Source: Pseudogymnoascus verrucosus
Taxonomy: Eukaryota
Reading direction: 5' to 3' (one strand)
DNA length: 64,000 nt
NCBI GenBank assembly: GCA_001662655.1
Contig: KV460206.1
Position numbers and translations under genes: made by a program. Below are positions 1-13,627 of this stretch, one piece after another (the first letter of the stretch is position 1; each line of letters starts with the position of its first letter). The notes below the pieces were generated by a model. It was not told the origin of the DNA and searched no databases. It saw only the letters and a list, made by a program, of their open reading frames with translations.

Positions 1-508
1 ATAACCTAATCCTAGAGGATAATTACATTTACTTTTATATACTAGTAGTTAGGGTCTAGTTTAATTATCCCTAACACTCTTTAGCTTTTACTTTGTCTAA
101 ACAGCCTTTTATTTCTATAATTTTCCTTCTTTACTACTACTATTATCTAAGATTCTAAGCTCCTACTCTAGGATAAGGATAATAGCAATATAATACTACT
201 CCTTATAGTAGTTTAAAACACACTAACTATACTTACTAGCTAATCTACACCCTTTTAGGAGAACTATTAAGGTAATAGCCTCTACTAACATATCTAATGC
301 TATCCTAAACAGTAGGGAAGGCACTCAACTAATAGGCCCTATAGCTATACAGCCTACGCAAGAAATGCTTTCTACAGGTCATATATAGCATACATAATTC
401 CCTAGCATAGCACGTCCCCATACCCTTCGGGAGGTTTCTAGGGCCGCAGGTTTCACCCGCGTCCCGTAGGACGCAAATAAATATCGTCATCATCATCATC
501 ATCATCAT
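1..508 (+). mobile_element. RIP-eroded repeat relic, possibly the 3' end of a LINE (Tad1-like) element
   Basis: Bases 1-~350 are very AT-rich with strong TpA excess and CpA/TpG depletion. The segment ends in AATAAA (477-482) followed by a (CAT)7 tail, an arrangement typical of fungal non-LTR element 3' ends. No readable RT ORF. Confidence 0.45.
488..508 (+). repeat. (CAT)7 microsatellite
   Basis: Seven perfect CAT units read directly from the sequence. Confidence 0.9.
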
Positions 509-822
509 GTCTTCAAGTTCTCTATTCTTCGCGTCTCTAGTTTAAGGCGCCTAAGCTGGCCTCTGAGGATCTGTTAGCCGTTGCGATGACGAAAAGCACG
601 GAAACGGAATGGTTTGGCAGGTAGGCCAATTTTGGCTGATATCACTGTAATGCAGAATTGATATAGAAACCGTGGTCTCAAGATCTATGGTCCCCCTCAA
701 GCTTTGGAGCGTCGAAAATAGGGAACATTGAATACATAAATAAATGAGGTCCATGGCACAGCCATACCATGTCACAAAGACGAACCTCCTCTCCCCCACC
801 TCGGGCCCAATCCCCCCCCTCT

Positions 823-1254
823 TCAAGCCGCCAGCAACATCGCCGCTCTCCCCGTCAAAACAGCCACCAGCCCTGACGAAATCAAATAAAACCCAAAGCG
901 CCTCGTAATATTATTGGTAGTGTTATGCGCCAGACTATGCGCGACCCTAGCCGCGACATACGCCCACGCGAGCCGGGCATCAGTCTTCCCGCCACCTGCG
1001 ATCGCCAGCACCACAGCCACGGCGTAGAACTGCGTGGGCTGCTCGAACAAATTCGAGAAGTTGTCGGCCTTCCAGCGCACGGATGGGGGGGTCATCTTGT
1101 TGATCTCCTCGCGCGTGAGGGTGTTCTTCTCGGCGATGTTGAGGCGCGTGAATACGGGGAGGCGCGTCGCGAACATCCAGCCTTCGACGACGAGGGTCCA
1201 GGCGTTGAGGGCGATGATTGGAGTGAGAAGGGGGGAGGCGCGGATGGACTCCAT
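823..1254 (-). CDS. MAPEG-family membrane protein (143 aa)
   Basis: First ATG at 1254 (the ORF-track start at 1335 is TTG). Motifs 'KADNFSNLFEQPTQFYA' and 'LAWAYVAARVAHS..H' are typical of fungal/bacterial MAPEG proteins. Several hydrophobic helices. Confidence 0.8.
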   Translation of the reverse strand: MESIRASPLLTPIIALNAWTLVVEGWMFATRLPVFTRLNIAEKNTLTREEINKMTPPSVRWKADNFSNLFEQPTQFYAVAVVLAIAGGGKTDARLAWAYVAARVAHSLAHNTTNNITRRFGFYLISSGLVAVLTGRAAMLLAA

Positions 1255-1886
1255 GGTTGTGGCGGTGTGGGAGGGATTGACTGTGGTGGTTGTGGAGGTG
1301 GTAGTGGGTTTGCAATTGGTTGTTGATGATGTCAATTGAGAGTATATGGGAATATATATTGTCTTGAGACGGAGGTTCTCTATAGTCCGTTATGATGCCT
1401 GTCCTTGTGATTGCGGGGCAGGTGCGGGGCGGGTGCGGGATGTCGAGTCCCCGTCTTACTGTCATACTACCGAGGTTCGTTCTCATGAATATTTTGATGG
1501 TAGTGATTCAATGTGGGAATTTAATATCTCTTCGCGAACTTGTGCACAGCTGACATATTGATACACAAAATCAAAGCTACTGACTTACAAGTTATTAATT
1601 GCTTATTTTTATATTATAGTTGCCATTATAACATAGACTACATGCTATTCTAAGCTTCCAGGGGTAGCTCTTATGCACAGACCTCCCCCGCACTTTGGGC
1701 CGCACGACTACATGCCGTGTAGCTTGCATATTATGTACTCGTAGTGCCTCAAACCTTCTCAAATTCTACCGTCATACTGCTCAACAAACGCTTGAATAAA
1801 TATAGCCATATCTATTTCGCGCATTCTATGATACTCCTGATTTGCTGTCTCTGTCTACCCGTTTGTTGAGTTGTAACAGCCGCAAG

Positions 1887-3852
1887 ATGCGCGACGTCGG
1901 ATTGGAAATCATCATCGCCGGTGGCCGGTATTTCGCATATTCCTATTGCCGGAGGCTTGCGGAAATACCTGATCCAGTGCAATTGATCGTTGACAAAATA
2001 CCATTGGATCCTGAGCAGTATAGAGGTACAGTGCCCATATGCAACTCTAGCTGGGTTCTCGGCTGCTAGTCCGTGTTTCTAAATTTTCTTAGAATGGCTC
2101 AAAAACGAGCATGAAGCCCACTCTAAGTTAAAGGAGCGGCTAGACATTGAGATTTGTACTATATCCGAAGCTAGTAAGGCAAGCCTTGCGGAGTTTACGG
2201 ATCTCTGGGAACCATATGCAGAAGAATTTTGTGTCCGTCCGCTTGGTGCCGTGAGCTGGCCTTTCGACCATAGAGGACCACACGGGTTTCTTGAGCGACC
2301 ACCACACGCACTCTTAAATAAAGGGTTTGATCTTTGGATGGCCGATATGTTTGTTGATGCAACAGACGAATTGTATGGTGAAGCGTATGATATAGTCACC
2401 AATGCAGGCAGTGTAGACGAGATCCGCAGTCCTTGGAAATACGGAATTTACACCATCAATCTTGACAGGGAGACGTTCTCTATCAATAACCATACTTACT
2501 ACAATCTCTGGGATATTCCTCAACACCGCAAGACTGGGAAAACTCCCCAAGCCTTACCCTTTAACATTGACTTTGAGAATTACTTTGGAGACCATCCCGA
2601 TTACCGCGACAAATACCAGACAATTTACCACCAGTATGGTCACTCAGTGATCAATGCAACGAGTGGATCTCCCGACCCTTCTGTACAGCAAGCCATGTCA
2701 ATGATATTCTTTGAAAAGCTCACTGACCCATACTCTACGCGATTTTGGGAGTATGCCCCTAGCTGGGACCACAAGGGCTTTGCCTTCCGTGAATTCGCCT
2801 TTGCAATTTTATCCATCGCCACAGGGAGATATTACTTCATCGACCGCGCCGACTATAGCAAATTCGCTGGCTATGATGACATGGGGTATATTATTGATCG
2901 AAACAGTGGCGAGACATTGTCAATACCAATCTTTGGCTTGGAATGCCATGAGCCTGGCGTGTCTCCTGGCTCGGCTCCAACTGAGACTATATACTGGTTT
3001 GAGAATGTCTTGGTGAGCCTCGTGCCCGACTCTGTTTTTAGGCAAGACACAGAAGCTGCCATAGCAAAAGCGGTGGAGTACGGGTTCGGGCAAAGAAAGA
3101 CCAGTTTTCAGATTATCCTCTTTTCAATTTTCAATGTTATTTTGCTCGAGGCGTATGTGAAGGGTGGCGCCAAGGTGATCAGACGCACAGGCGTGATATC
3201 ATTCCAAGATAGAGACAGGAAGAGCGACTGGACTTTCGAACCCAACAGGTTTGTTTTCCGGCGTGAGGCGGATATTGCGACTACCTTTCAAGAAGTTTGC
3301 CACAAACACGTGGGATTTGCCAAACTGCAGAATTTTTTCGATGTTGCTGCAAGACGGAATCTGCCTCCCCTTAGTACCAACGAACGGCTACCAGTTGAGC
3401 TATATGCCAATATTGTGGCATACGCTGATTCTAGCACGCTGCACGCCTTGTCACAGGTCTCTTGGGCTCTCCGCAGGCTCTGCCAGGAAAGATTCACGTT
3501 TAGTGATGATCTCGATGTCGTCGGGTTTGACGCCTCCCTCAAAGGGCCTCCATACACAGGACCCCAGAAGTATGAGCTTTCTGAAGAGGAAATATTAGAG
3601 ATGGAGATTGAAGAACAGGCCAAGCCTAAGAACGAGCCTAAGCTGTGTCTTAACGACCTTGGCACGTTTGCCTTCAAGAATCGCATAACAGGACTTGTCA
3701 CGACATCTGGGATGGACGTTAAACAACAGATTGACTACGATCTAAGGGGTTACTTTGCACACGAGGACTATTCTAGGATATGGTGCCCGGTGATTGGAGG
3801 TGAATCACGGCTGAGCTTGATATCACAGCTCATGTTTCACATGAACTTTTGA
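1887..3852 (+). CDS. Hypothetical protein with an F-box-like motif in the C-terminal half; one intron (2026-2092)
   Basis: ATG at 1887. The GT..AG intron 2026-2092 splices exon 1 in frame onto the 533-aa ORF. 'LPVELYANIVAYADSSTLHALSQVSWALRRLC' fits the F-box pattern. Confidence 0.7.
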
Positions 3853-3967
3853 TCTACGACACCAGGACATCACTGGCAGCCAGGATATCAAACCTCGAAC
3901 AGTGAATCTATACTAAAATCTAAACTGAAATCTCCGGGCACTACAGACAATTTTTGTTTTCTCACAT

Positions 3968-5848
3968 TCAAACGCCGTTTGTTGTCCGGATTGCCAACTT
4001 CACACCCTCTGTTTCTACCCGCTTTGCGATTGCCGCCGAAACAAACCCCAAATACGGCTTACTGGGCTGCAAGACTCGCGACAGATACTTGGGATGGAAC
4101 TGTACACCAACAAACCAAGGATGGTCTTTGAGCTCGATCACCTCCATACGGACGTTTTTGTCGTCCTTGCCAATGAAATGGAGTCCAGCTGCACCGAGAC
4201 GCTCAATGTACTCGGGATTAACCTCATATCGATGACGATGACGCTCACTGATGACTTCCTTCCCCTCATACATTTTGCGTACTTTCGACCACTCGCTTCC
4301 TTCCTGGAAGATAGTCGGCCGGCTACCAAGTCTCATTGTGCCGCCCATAGTCTCCTTGTCAATCTCTGGCATGAAGATGATAATTGGGTCTGGGCAGTTC
4401 GCAGAGAGCTCGATCGAGCCCGCTTCGGGGATGTTGCACATGTGGCGTGCGAATTCAATGACAGCTACTTGCATGCCCAGGCATATTCCTAGGTACGGGG
4501 TTTTATTTTCCCTAGCCCATTTTGCAGTTGCGATCATGCCTTCTGTACCGCGCTCACCGAACCCACCTGGAACGAGGATGCCGTCTGCTGAGCAGACTTT
4601 GCTCCACGCTAGGTCATAGTCTTCCTGTGAGGATTCCTCAGCGGGCTTTTCCAAGTGTGAGGCTTCGACGGCAACGAGGTTAAGCTTGTGTTCCCACGCC
4701 ATGACGGAGTGCTCCAATGACTTGAGAACTGATACGTAAGAGTCCATAAAGGTGGTGTATTTACCGACCAGGGTGATTGTTACGGTTTTACAATTTTCGC
4801 TTCGGGGTGCAGTCAAGGCCTTCCAATCTTTCCATATTTTGGCACCATTCGCGGTCTGTTGTGGGGTCTTCTCCAGGAGATCAAGGCGGAGGAGTTTGGT
4901 GATCGATGGGAGCAGGTCTTGGTCTTCCAACAGGGCAGGGACGTGATATGTAGACGGAACATTGTGGACGGCGATGATGTTAGCTACCTTCACATCGCAT
5001 GACGAAGCAACCTTGTCTATAGTCGATTTTGCGAGGAGAACTTCACAGCGGCATGCAATCTTTTGGAAATTAGTAGATCCACAGACAGCCGACGATGTAT
5101 ACTTACCAAATCGGGTTTCAGGCCTGTAGAAAGCACATCTCGCATAGCTGCCTGCGTAGGTTTGGTCTTCGCTCTTCATTCATTATCACAGGCACAAAAG
5201 TGACGAGAATGTGCGTCCACTGATCTTCCCCGACTCTCCCTCGTAGGCGCCTCAAGGCTTCCAGGAACGGTGCATTGTCCATGTCGCCTGCCGTACCTCC
5301 AAGCTCGATCACGCACACATCCGGTGCTTCCTTCGTATCGTCGACAGGTATCTGCGCCACGCGCTCTATCCAGTCCGCAATCGCGTCGACAAGATGCGGG
5401 GCGATCTGGACCGTTTTGCCCAAATACACGCCCCGGCGTTCAGCTTCAATGACATGCTGGTATATTTTCCCAGTAGTGATGTTATGCTCCCGAGTCAGCG
5501 TGATGTTCAGATAGCGCTCATAGTTGCCTAAGTCGAGATCGACCTCCCCGCCATCATCAAGCACGAAGACTTCTCCATGCTCCCTGGGCGCCATGGTTCC
5601 TGCATCGACGTTTATGTAGGGGTCGATTTTGATCATTGTCACGCTTAGACCCTTGGTTTTGAGGAGCAGCCCGGTACTGGATGCTTTGGGTACGATAAGT
5701 AAGTTTATGAGCCAGGCAGTTCTTCAGAGGATGCCTACCGATTAAACCCTTCCCAACGCCGCTCACCACGCCTACACTTGGGTTTGAAACTTCTATGAGA
5801 GGCAAGGAATTCCGCCTGATTACCTCCTGATACCAGTATGTACTTCAT
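3968..5848 (-). pseudogene. URA7: CTP synthase (URA7/pyrG-type), frameshifted and catalytically altered; introns 5823-5772, 5738-5684, 5106-5060
   Basis: Spliced start MKYILVSGGVVSGVGKGLIASS, followed by [47 protein letters not shown] and ERHRHRYEVN. A 1-nt deletion at 5170-5171 breaks the conserved EQKTKPTQ motif. FHPEY reads FHPKY (codon 4088-4090). Confidence 0.85.
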
Positions 5849-6285
5849 TTTGGTAGATCTTAGTATATTCACTTGAAATGCGTCGTGTTGTCGAACTTCG
5901 AAAAGATGAAGGTCGTCAAATTCTCATATACTGCCTGGAAGATCCCAAGCGAGGCCGTGTGTCATCGGACCCTGGTGCCTTGTTGGAACAGGGATACACG
6001 GACGGGTACAACCCAAAGGTTTTGGGGACATTATTTGGAATCTAAGCAGGTATAAATCACTTACTACACTAGCTTTCAATAGCAATAATAATATTTATTC
6101 AAAGACAACATAAGCAATCCAGACTCCAAATCAGACCCCGCCGCCGTGATACATTCTATACGACCCGTATCGACGCATCAGACACCGCCTGACCCAGGCC
6201 CCACCGTTCCCATCCCCCCACCCCGGCTTGTAGAAAGAAGCCTGCAAAAATAATCAATCATTATAAGTACTCCATTCTCCCTGGT

Positions 6286-9200
6286 CTACAAGAACCCCTT
6301 GCTCATACTTGTCTGCCTGCTCTGCGACCCCTTCCTCTTGGGAATCACGATCCCATCCTCATCTCCGAGAATGCTTGTATTCTCGTCATCCCACTCACTA
6401 CTCATACCTCCTCTCGCCCACTGCCCGGACCGCCTGACGGTTCCCCCGGAGATAGTCGCCCCCTTCTCCATGCGTAGCGCCTTCCAAGCACCAAGTTCTC
6501 GCTCAAGTCGGAGGGCCTTCTCTTTCTCTTCGCGGAGCTCTCTCTCGGCCCTTCGAGCACTGAGTTGATTACTGCTGTCGCTGGCTTGGAGCTCGTCGAT
6601 CGTTTTGAGTAACTTTTCGGCCTTTTCGCGGCTGCGGTTTATATCATCTTGGAGTTGGCTGTTGGCTCTCTCACGCCTCTCAATCTGTTGCTGAAGGTCT
6701 TTGACGGTGCGGTCGACGTTGCGGACATCACGCTGGGACTTAGATCGCTCGGATTCTTGCGCTTCAAGTTGACTCTCAAGCTGGGCGGTGTTAGCTATAG
6801 TCTCACTTGACGATAATGAAGAAATACATACCTCTTGTACCCGGCCATGGAGGAATCTAACATCTTGGCTGGCGCTGGAATAGCCTTTGGTTTCTAGATC
6901 CACCAACCGAACTTGCACATCTTTCAACGACTTTTCGAGAGCAGCCTTCTCTTTATGAAGTTGAACGGTAGTTTCGCGTTCAGCAACAATATCTTTCTGC
7001 ATCTCGGATGTCAGAGCCTCGGCACGCCTCATTTTCTCTACAGCTGCAGCAGCAATGTCTTCGCTTTGAGCCAAGCTCGATTTCAGCCCAAGAAGCTCCT
7101 TGTCGAGACCGGCAGCGTTGCGAAGTGATGGGCTGTCTCCACGAACGAGACCTTCAAAGCCGTTCTTGGCTTCCTCTAGACGCGCTTCGAGGCCGCGCTT
7201 TTCGCGCTGAAGCGCATCGCGCTCAGCAGCAACGTCGTCAACTGAAGTTCTCAGGCTGCGAACCTGTGAAAGGAGGGATACAATTTTTCCTTGGGCATCA
7301 TTGTGAGCATTGGAGGCTTCATCTCGAGAGGAGACCAAATCTGCCAGAGTGACTTCGAGACGAGCCTTCTCTTTTGACCATGTGGAACTGTTGAGCACTT
7401 CATCATCCCACTTGGATCTAAGATCATCAAGTTCTTCTCGTAGTCTTGTATTCTCAGATTGTTTAAACAGCCTCTCCTCACGGGCAATATCCAGTTCGTT
7501 TGTCAAAGTCGCAAACTCAGCCTGGTACTTCTTGCGTGTCTGCTCCATGCTTGTCTCTTTGTCCTCTATGTCCATTGCACGCTGACTACGGTAATCTTCA
7601 AGCTCGTGCTGGAGGCGCTTTCTAGCTTGGATAGCCCCCTCCAGATCGGCCGAGAGATCCTCCAGTCTCTCTTCATAACCCTGGTTTTGTCGCTGTAGGT
7701 CTTCGATAGAACCCTCCATCTGCTTCCTTTCAGACATGATAGTTGCACAAGTTTCCTCAGCCTCTCTTGCCTGGGACCTAGCAAATTGTTCGGCTCTAGA
7801 TGCCTTAAGGACGGCAATTTCAGCCTGTTCAAGCTTGTTGAAGTACTCATCCGCCCGACCCTTATAAAGGGCAAGACTAGAAGAGACTTCCGCTACCTTG
7901 GAAGACTCAGCGTCGAATTGGATTTGGAGATCAGCAAATTCTTGTAATAGTTGATTTCGGCTCGTGACGTCCTGATCCCTAGCGCGGGCCATCTCTTCAA
8001 GGTCGGATTTGGCATCCCTAAGCTCAACTTCCAATGTCGCCCTGGCGTGTTTCAAGCCATCAAAATGGTCTTTGATATCAGAAAGCTCAGCCGCAGCATC
8101 GTCATTCAAATGAACCAGTGATCGTCTAGCGTCCTCTTGATTACTGATCAATTCATAGAGCTCCTCGTGAGACCTTGTCTGAACATCGCGGAGAGACAGA
8201 GCACCCGATTGCACACTTCTCTCTAATTGCGAAACCTTTTTCGCGGAGTCGTCGAGCATATCGTGTAACCTAGTATTTGCCTTTTCAAGTTTGTGCACTC
8301 GTCTCAACGAAGGGCTGTCATCCTGCCACAAGTCTCGGGACGGAGTAGAGCGTTCAATCTGGCTTTGAAGGTGACGATTTTGCATCTGCGTTAGCTGGAG
8401 TTGATTTTGCAGCTCTTCTAACTCAGTCTTGAGATCCATGCGATTGTTAAAACTTAACAGATCAGCAGTTCTATCGGAGCGGCCTGAGTCCAAGGTAGGA
8501 TCGGCGTCATTGGTGGCTACTCGGCGAGTTGGCGTTGAAACATTGGAATGCACCCTGCCATTCGCCTTCGTACGCGCATGAGTTGGTGATTGGAATGGTA
8601 ATTGATTTGGGTGGATCTCTTCAAGCATGGCGCGAGGCCTCTCAACCGATTCTATATCGGCTTCATACTTTTTGCGCAAGTCCGAGAGTTGAGATTCAGC
8701 ATTAGATCGGCCAGCCATCTGTATTCGCAGGTTTTGTTGTAAGTCCTGGACTTTACGAACAAGGTCGTATTTCTCGAGAATTGACGTATCAGCCGCTCCA
8801 TCTCCGTGTGGAACTTGGGCAGATACCTCAGGATCGACAACCTTGAGGAGTTGCAATCTCTGAGCCCGGAGTTCTTCAAGCTCTCTGTCGCGGCCATCCA
8901 GGCTTGATTGCAATTTCTTCACTAATTCCTGGGATTGTGTGCGCAGTTGCTCTTCTTTTTCGATCTTCCTCTTAGCCTCGGCTAGCTGTGTTGTAGTAGT
9001 GGACGAATTCATCTCGGCATTCCGACTTGCTTTGTGTTCACGAGAAACTTCGTGGTTGAGATCCTCTACTGTTAATTGAAGCTTCTCATTCTTTTTCTGG
9101 GCGGAAGCTGCAAGCATCTGAACCTCTTCGAGTTGCTTCAACAGCTTCATGTTCTGCTCTTCGTTTCTGGCTTTCTCACGCTGTAAGGCTATTACTTTTC

Positions 9201-12200
9201 CTCGTTGAGACTCGCTAGCTTGAGAACCAGCACGAGCCAGCTCGAGGCCTTTCTGTTGAATCTTGTTGAGAAGTGCACGATTGTCGTTCTCGGAAGCCAT
9301 CAATCTGCTCTTAACTGTGTTCAGTTCGCTTTCGAGGCGCTCTTTCTGTTGATCGACTTGAAGGCCGAAATTTCCAGATTCGAGGATCATTTTATTGAGC
9401 TCGTCAACTTGCTGGCTCAGCTTCGTGCATTCGGCTTCAAACCATTTAAGGCGGCTTTGTTCGGCTTCGAGGTCTCTCATTAAACCTGCTTCACGCTCCC
9501 TAGCCACTCTTGAAGCGTTGCGCTCACCAGCAAGTTCCGCCTGAATTTTTAGTTCTTCCATTGCGGATTTGGCTTCCCTAAGTCTCCGAATCTCGTTTCT
9601 TGCTTCGTTTCTTTCTTTCTCTGCGGCGGCGCGACCTTCCGTGGCTCGCCTCAGAGTATCCTGCTGCACATAAAGCTCTTTCTCAATGGTGATCTTGGCT
9701 TCGTTTAGTACCTGGTATTCCTCCTTGAGTTTCTGGAATTTATGTTCCCCAAGCAATTGCACGTCGTCTCTTGATTGACGCTCTCTGCTGAGATCAGTCT
9801 GGACAGCAAAGAGTTGATCTTTGAGGTCTTTTATTTGAGTCTCGAGTAGCTTTCGACTCTGACCAGCTTCTGCATCTTCCGTAAGCCTGGCCTCGAGCAA
9901 TTTCTTCGCATCGGCTACTTCGCGTTCGAGCTGAGATTTCTGTGTCTTCATCGCTACCATTTCAGCCTGGACCTCACGTACCCTCGCAGCAATAACGTTC
10001 TTGCTATCAAGCAGAGATTTCTTTTCGTCCTCGAAAGAAGCCTGGCTGGTCTCGTATTTCTTGTTATCCGACCGTAGAATTGCCAACTCGCTCTCTTTGC
10101 GCCTAACAAGGTCTTCGTAGCCTGTCGAAGTGGATGCCAATTCTGCCAATTGCTGCTGAGCTTTTCTGGTCTCGTCAGCGAGCGCTTGCTCTCGCGAGCG
10201 CGATGCTTGCAGATCCTTGGTTGTACGTGCTAGTTTAACGTCGAGGTCTTGGTCGATTTTAAGAAGTTTCTTCTCCAATTCCTGCGCCTTACGATCTTTC
10301 AGGCTCAGCTGGCTTTGAAGCATTTGGACTTCTTGGGATAGTTCAGCCTCAGCCGATGATCTCTGTAATTGAGCCTGAGAGAGCTCCTCAAATTTGGAAT
10401 CCATGTCTGCCAGTTTTTGAATAAGATTCTGTTTTTCGGCTTCAAGATTATAAATTATCGTTCCGGCATGTGATAACTGCGCTCGTAAGTCTTCAGACTG
10501 CTCTTCGGCCTTTTTCTTGGCATCCAAGAGCTCGTCAAGGTGATCTTCTAATTTCTCCTGGTCGTCGATTGCGCCAGCCAGTTTGTCACTAAGCTCAACC
10601 TCACGCATCTGTAACCGCTTGAAGATTTCTTCCTTATCCAATGCGAGTGAGCGCTCGCTCTCTAAGGTCGTCTGTATTCGTTGCATCTCCGCATGGGCGT
10701 TGCGCCGTTCATCCTCTATCCTTTGGCGATCGGCCGCTTCTTGCTTGATTCTCTCTCCGAGTTTCTGAATCATCTCGTCTCGTTTCTTCACCTCACCAGA
10801 AGTACGAGTGGCGCCGAGTAAAGGTTTCATCTTGGCTAGCAACTGCCACCACGGGTTATCGCACAGGTTAAGATAAACCTGAAAATTTCGCTGGATTATT
10901 CGTGTGGCTTCAGCTCTATAGAGTCTCTTGTGTGCGATTCGCCGCTGACTGAAGCCTCGAGCAACGGATTGGAATCGAGACATGATCTCACGGATCAGCG
11001 CATCACGTTGCTCCTCAAGCTCCGCTAACACTCCAGCCCTGAAAAATACTTTTGTGAGGCCGACTCTGAACATGGACTTATCCAATGTTAGTTTGTCTAG
11101 CATAATGGTCGCAGCAGCTTGTCCTTCCAAATAACCCTTTGGCATGTTTCTGCAGAGTACTTCATATCGCTGGCGGAATTCAGAAAATGGCAGTCTATTC
11201 GGAAAGCCCGTCCGTGCAATTCTAATGCCTTCGAGGACACCATTGCAACGTAACTGATCCAGTACCAAAGGCGCGCTTAGCTGCTTTGGTTTTTTCTTGT
11301 GGTTTGGAATGATGCACCTGACGAAATGCGGATGTGTTGAATGAAGCTGTGTCATAAGGTTTGAGAGTTGCTCTTTATGCCTTTGAGCTACAGTGCGGAA
11401 TAACCCCTTCTTTACACGACTACTGCGGATACCGCTGCTTTCATCGCCCGGGTCTGCACAATCCACAAAAAGGTTGGATACATGCTTATCCGCTGATTCT
11501 GCCAATAGTCTTGTGATATTGTCGTTAAGAGGATCCTTATTCTTTTCTAGCCAGCCTTCAGTCGAATATTCGACTTCAGCAGCATAGTGAGTAAGCAAAA
11601 ATCCTTGTTTGAGTCGAGAAGAGCGGTACTTCGGAGTCTTGCGATCCCATAATGAGTTGAGTTTCTCCGTAAAGGATTTGTCGGTTGCTTTCGGCATCAC
11701 AGAGTCTTCATCCAAGCAGGAGAAGATACCAATCGGGTTGGACAATTCAATCAGATCTATGGTCGGCTGCAGATCACGACCGAAATCTATAAATTTCCAC
11801 TCGATCTGTTCTCGTGCGTATTCTTCCTGTTCAAGGACAAACATGTGGTGATTGAAGAATTGTTGGAGTTTCTCATTCGTGTAGTTGATGCAAAGCTGCT
11901 CAAAGCTGTTCTCTTCGAATATCTCAAATCCAGCAATGTCGAGTACGCCAATGAAATGAGAATCATCGAGTCCCATACCTGTTCGATCCAGTTGTTGATT
12001 GATTTTTGAGACCAAGTCTCCAAATCCTCGCTCGTAGATTCCTTTGGCCAAGGCATCGATGGCGAGTCTGACTTGTTCCGGGGTTTGAACCTTCTCAACC
12101 CACTCTCGGCCAGCTTTTACCCGCGGGTGCAAAAGGCCAGAAAGGAAGGGCTCAACTGATATTCCTAGCAAGCGGCAAAACTTCTCCGCTTCCGCACGAG

Positions 12201-13627
12201 CGTTTGGTGCCAGGCGAGCTTGATCCGCGCCGCGGCTTTCATTCATTACCGAAATATTGCCCAAATGAAGCACAGCAGCCACAGTCCGGAAGATAGAGTC
12301 TTGGTCTTTCTCTGAGAACCCCATGACATGGAAGGCCTCTATCAATGAGTTCCATTCGTCTCTGTCAGAAACCCCGGAAATTGTGTCGTTGCCATCCCTT
12401 GTGTATGTAAAATCCTGGACGTCTAAATTTTCGAGAAGGTATTTTTGCTTCATTTGGCGGTCGGCGCCCTTGAGCAGCTGATAAAATACATGGTAGTTCC
12501 GCTCGTGAGAATTAAGCCTGACTACTCTCGATTTTTCAAGTAAGTACCAATCGATAAAGGCCCCCGCGATTGTACCGGTCCTCGTAAACTCAATCCGGAT
12601 GAATTTCCCGAAGCGTGACGAGTTGTTGTTCCGAACGGTCTGCGCATTCCCGAACGCCTCGAGAATTGGGTTTGCCCGTAGGATTTGTGCCGAGAGGTTT
12701 GAATGCTGAATCTTATTCTTGACGGGGGAATCTGAATGTGCAACAGCGGCAAGATATTGGATGACTTTCTTCGTGTTTTCCGTCTTTCCTGCGCCGGATT
12801 CTCCAGTGACAAGGATACTTTGGTTCTGTCCTTCGTCCACCAAGTTCCTAAATGCCTCATCTGCCATGGCATAAATATGTGGTTTTGTGTCTTCCCGGCT
12901 TCGTCCCCTATACATATTGATGTACTCATTGGTATAAATAGGCAGTGAGCAATAGGGATTGATGGTAACCAGGAAAAGACCAGAATAGGTATATATCAGA
13001 TCGGCTTGGTATCGCATATGTAGGTTATGAACGACCGATGCTTCGTTTAGATGCGTTAGCTCGGCCATGTCGTCTGCCTTGTCAAACTTCGCGGGATTGA
13101 CTTTATCGACATTCTCGCTATGAACTTCCCGTTGCTATGAATAGTATTAGCAAAGCCAGGGGAGGAAAAGTAGCTGATCTTACACTGCCATCATCGCATT
13201 GTACAAGGATTTGGCCTCCTTCGAGCTCCTCCACAATCCACCCTCGAATGAAGGCCGTACCAGGGTCCTTCAGCCAAACATACCGTTTACCCGAGAAGTC
13301 ATTTTCGCCTTCGATTCCATCGATGGCCTTCGTTCTTTCTTGAGACTCCTCGGTTTTAATGAATGAAGGCGCAAAAGTATTCGAATTTGTGGTAGATATC
13401 TTTGAATCTGAGCGCTGTCGACTATGGACTGGGCCTTTTCCGAGCGTTTGAGTTGTTACTGGTGAATACGACTGATTTCGAGTGTGAGATGCCGAATGTG
13501 TCGGTGGTGGAGATCCTATCGAAGACGACGGTATTGAGCCAGAGTTGCTTTGATTATAAGGCGAGGTTGTTGCCCTTGCCCTTGCAAAGGGACTTGCACG
13601 CAATTGTGCAGAGCCATTCTGCGCCAT
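6286..13627 (-). CDS. MYO1: Type II myosin heavy chain (cytokinetic myosin); introns 13183-13135 and 6831-6781
   Basis: N-terminal SH3-like region, P-loop GESGAGKT, NNNSSRFGKF, LDIAGFEIF, LRCNGVLEGIRI, an IQ region and a very long coiled-coil tail. Splice sites with branch points are visible. Confidence 0.97.

Noticed and set aside
5118..5179. Programmed ribosomal frameshift or hidden intron in CTP synthase
   Set aside because: No slippery sequence or splice signals at the site, and a second lesion (E->K) favours decay or an assembly error.
6781..6831. Apparent non-coiled-coil insert in the myosin tail, and similar inserts in the Red1-like and PL9 ORFs
   Set aside because: These are ordinary GT-AG introns whose lengths are multiples of three and lack stops, so the ORF caller read through them.
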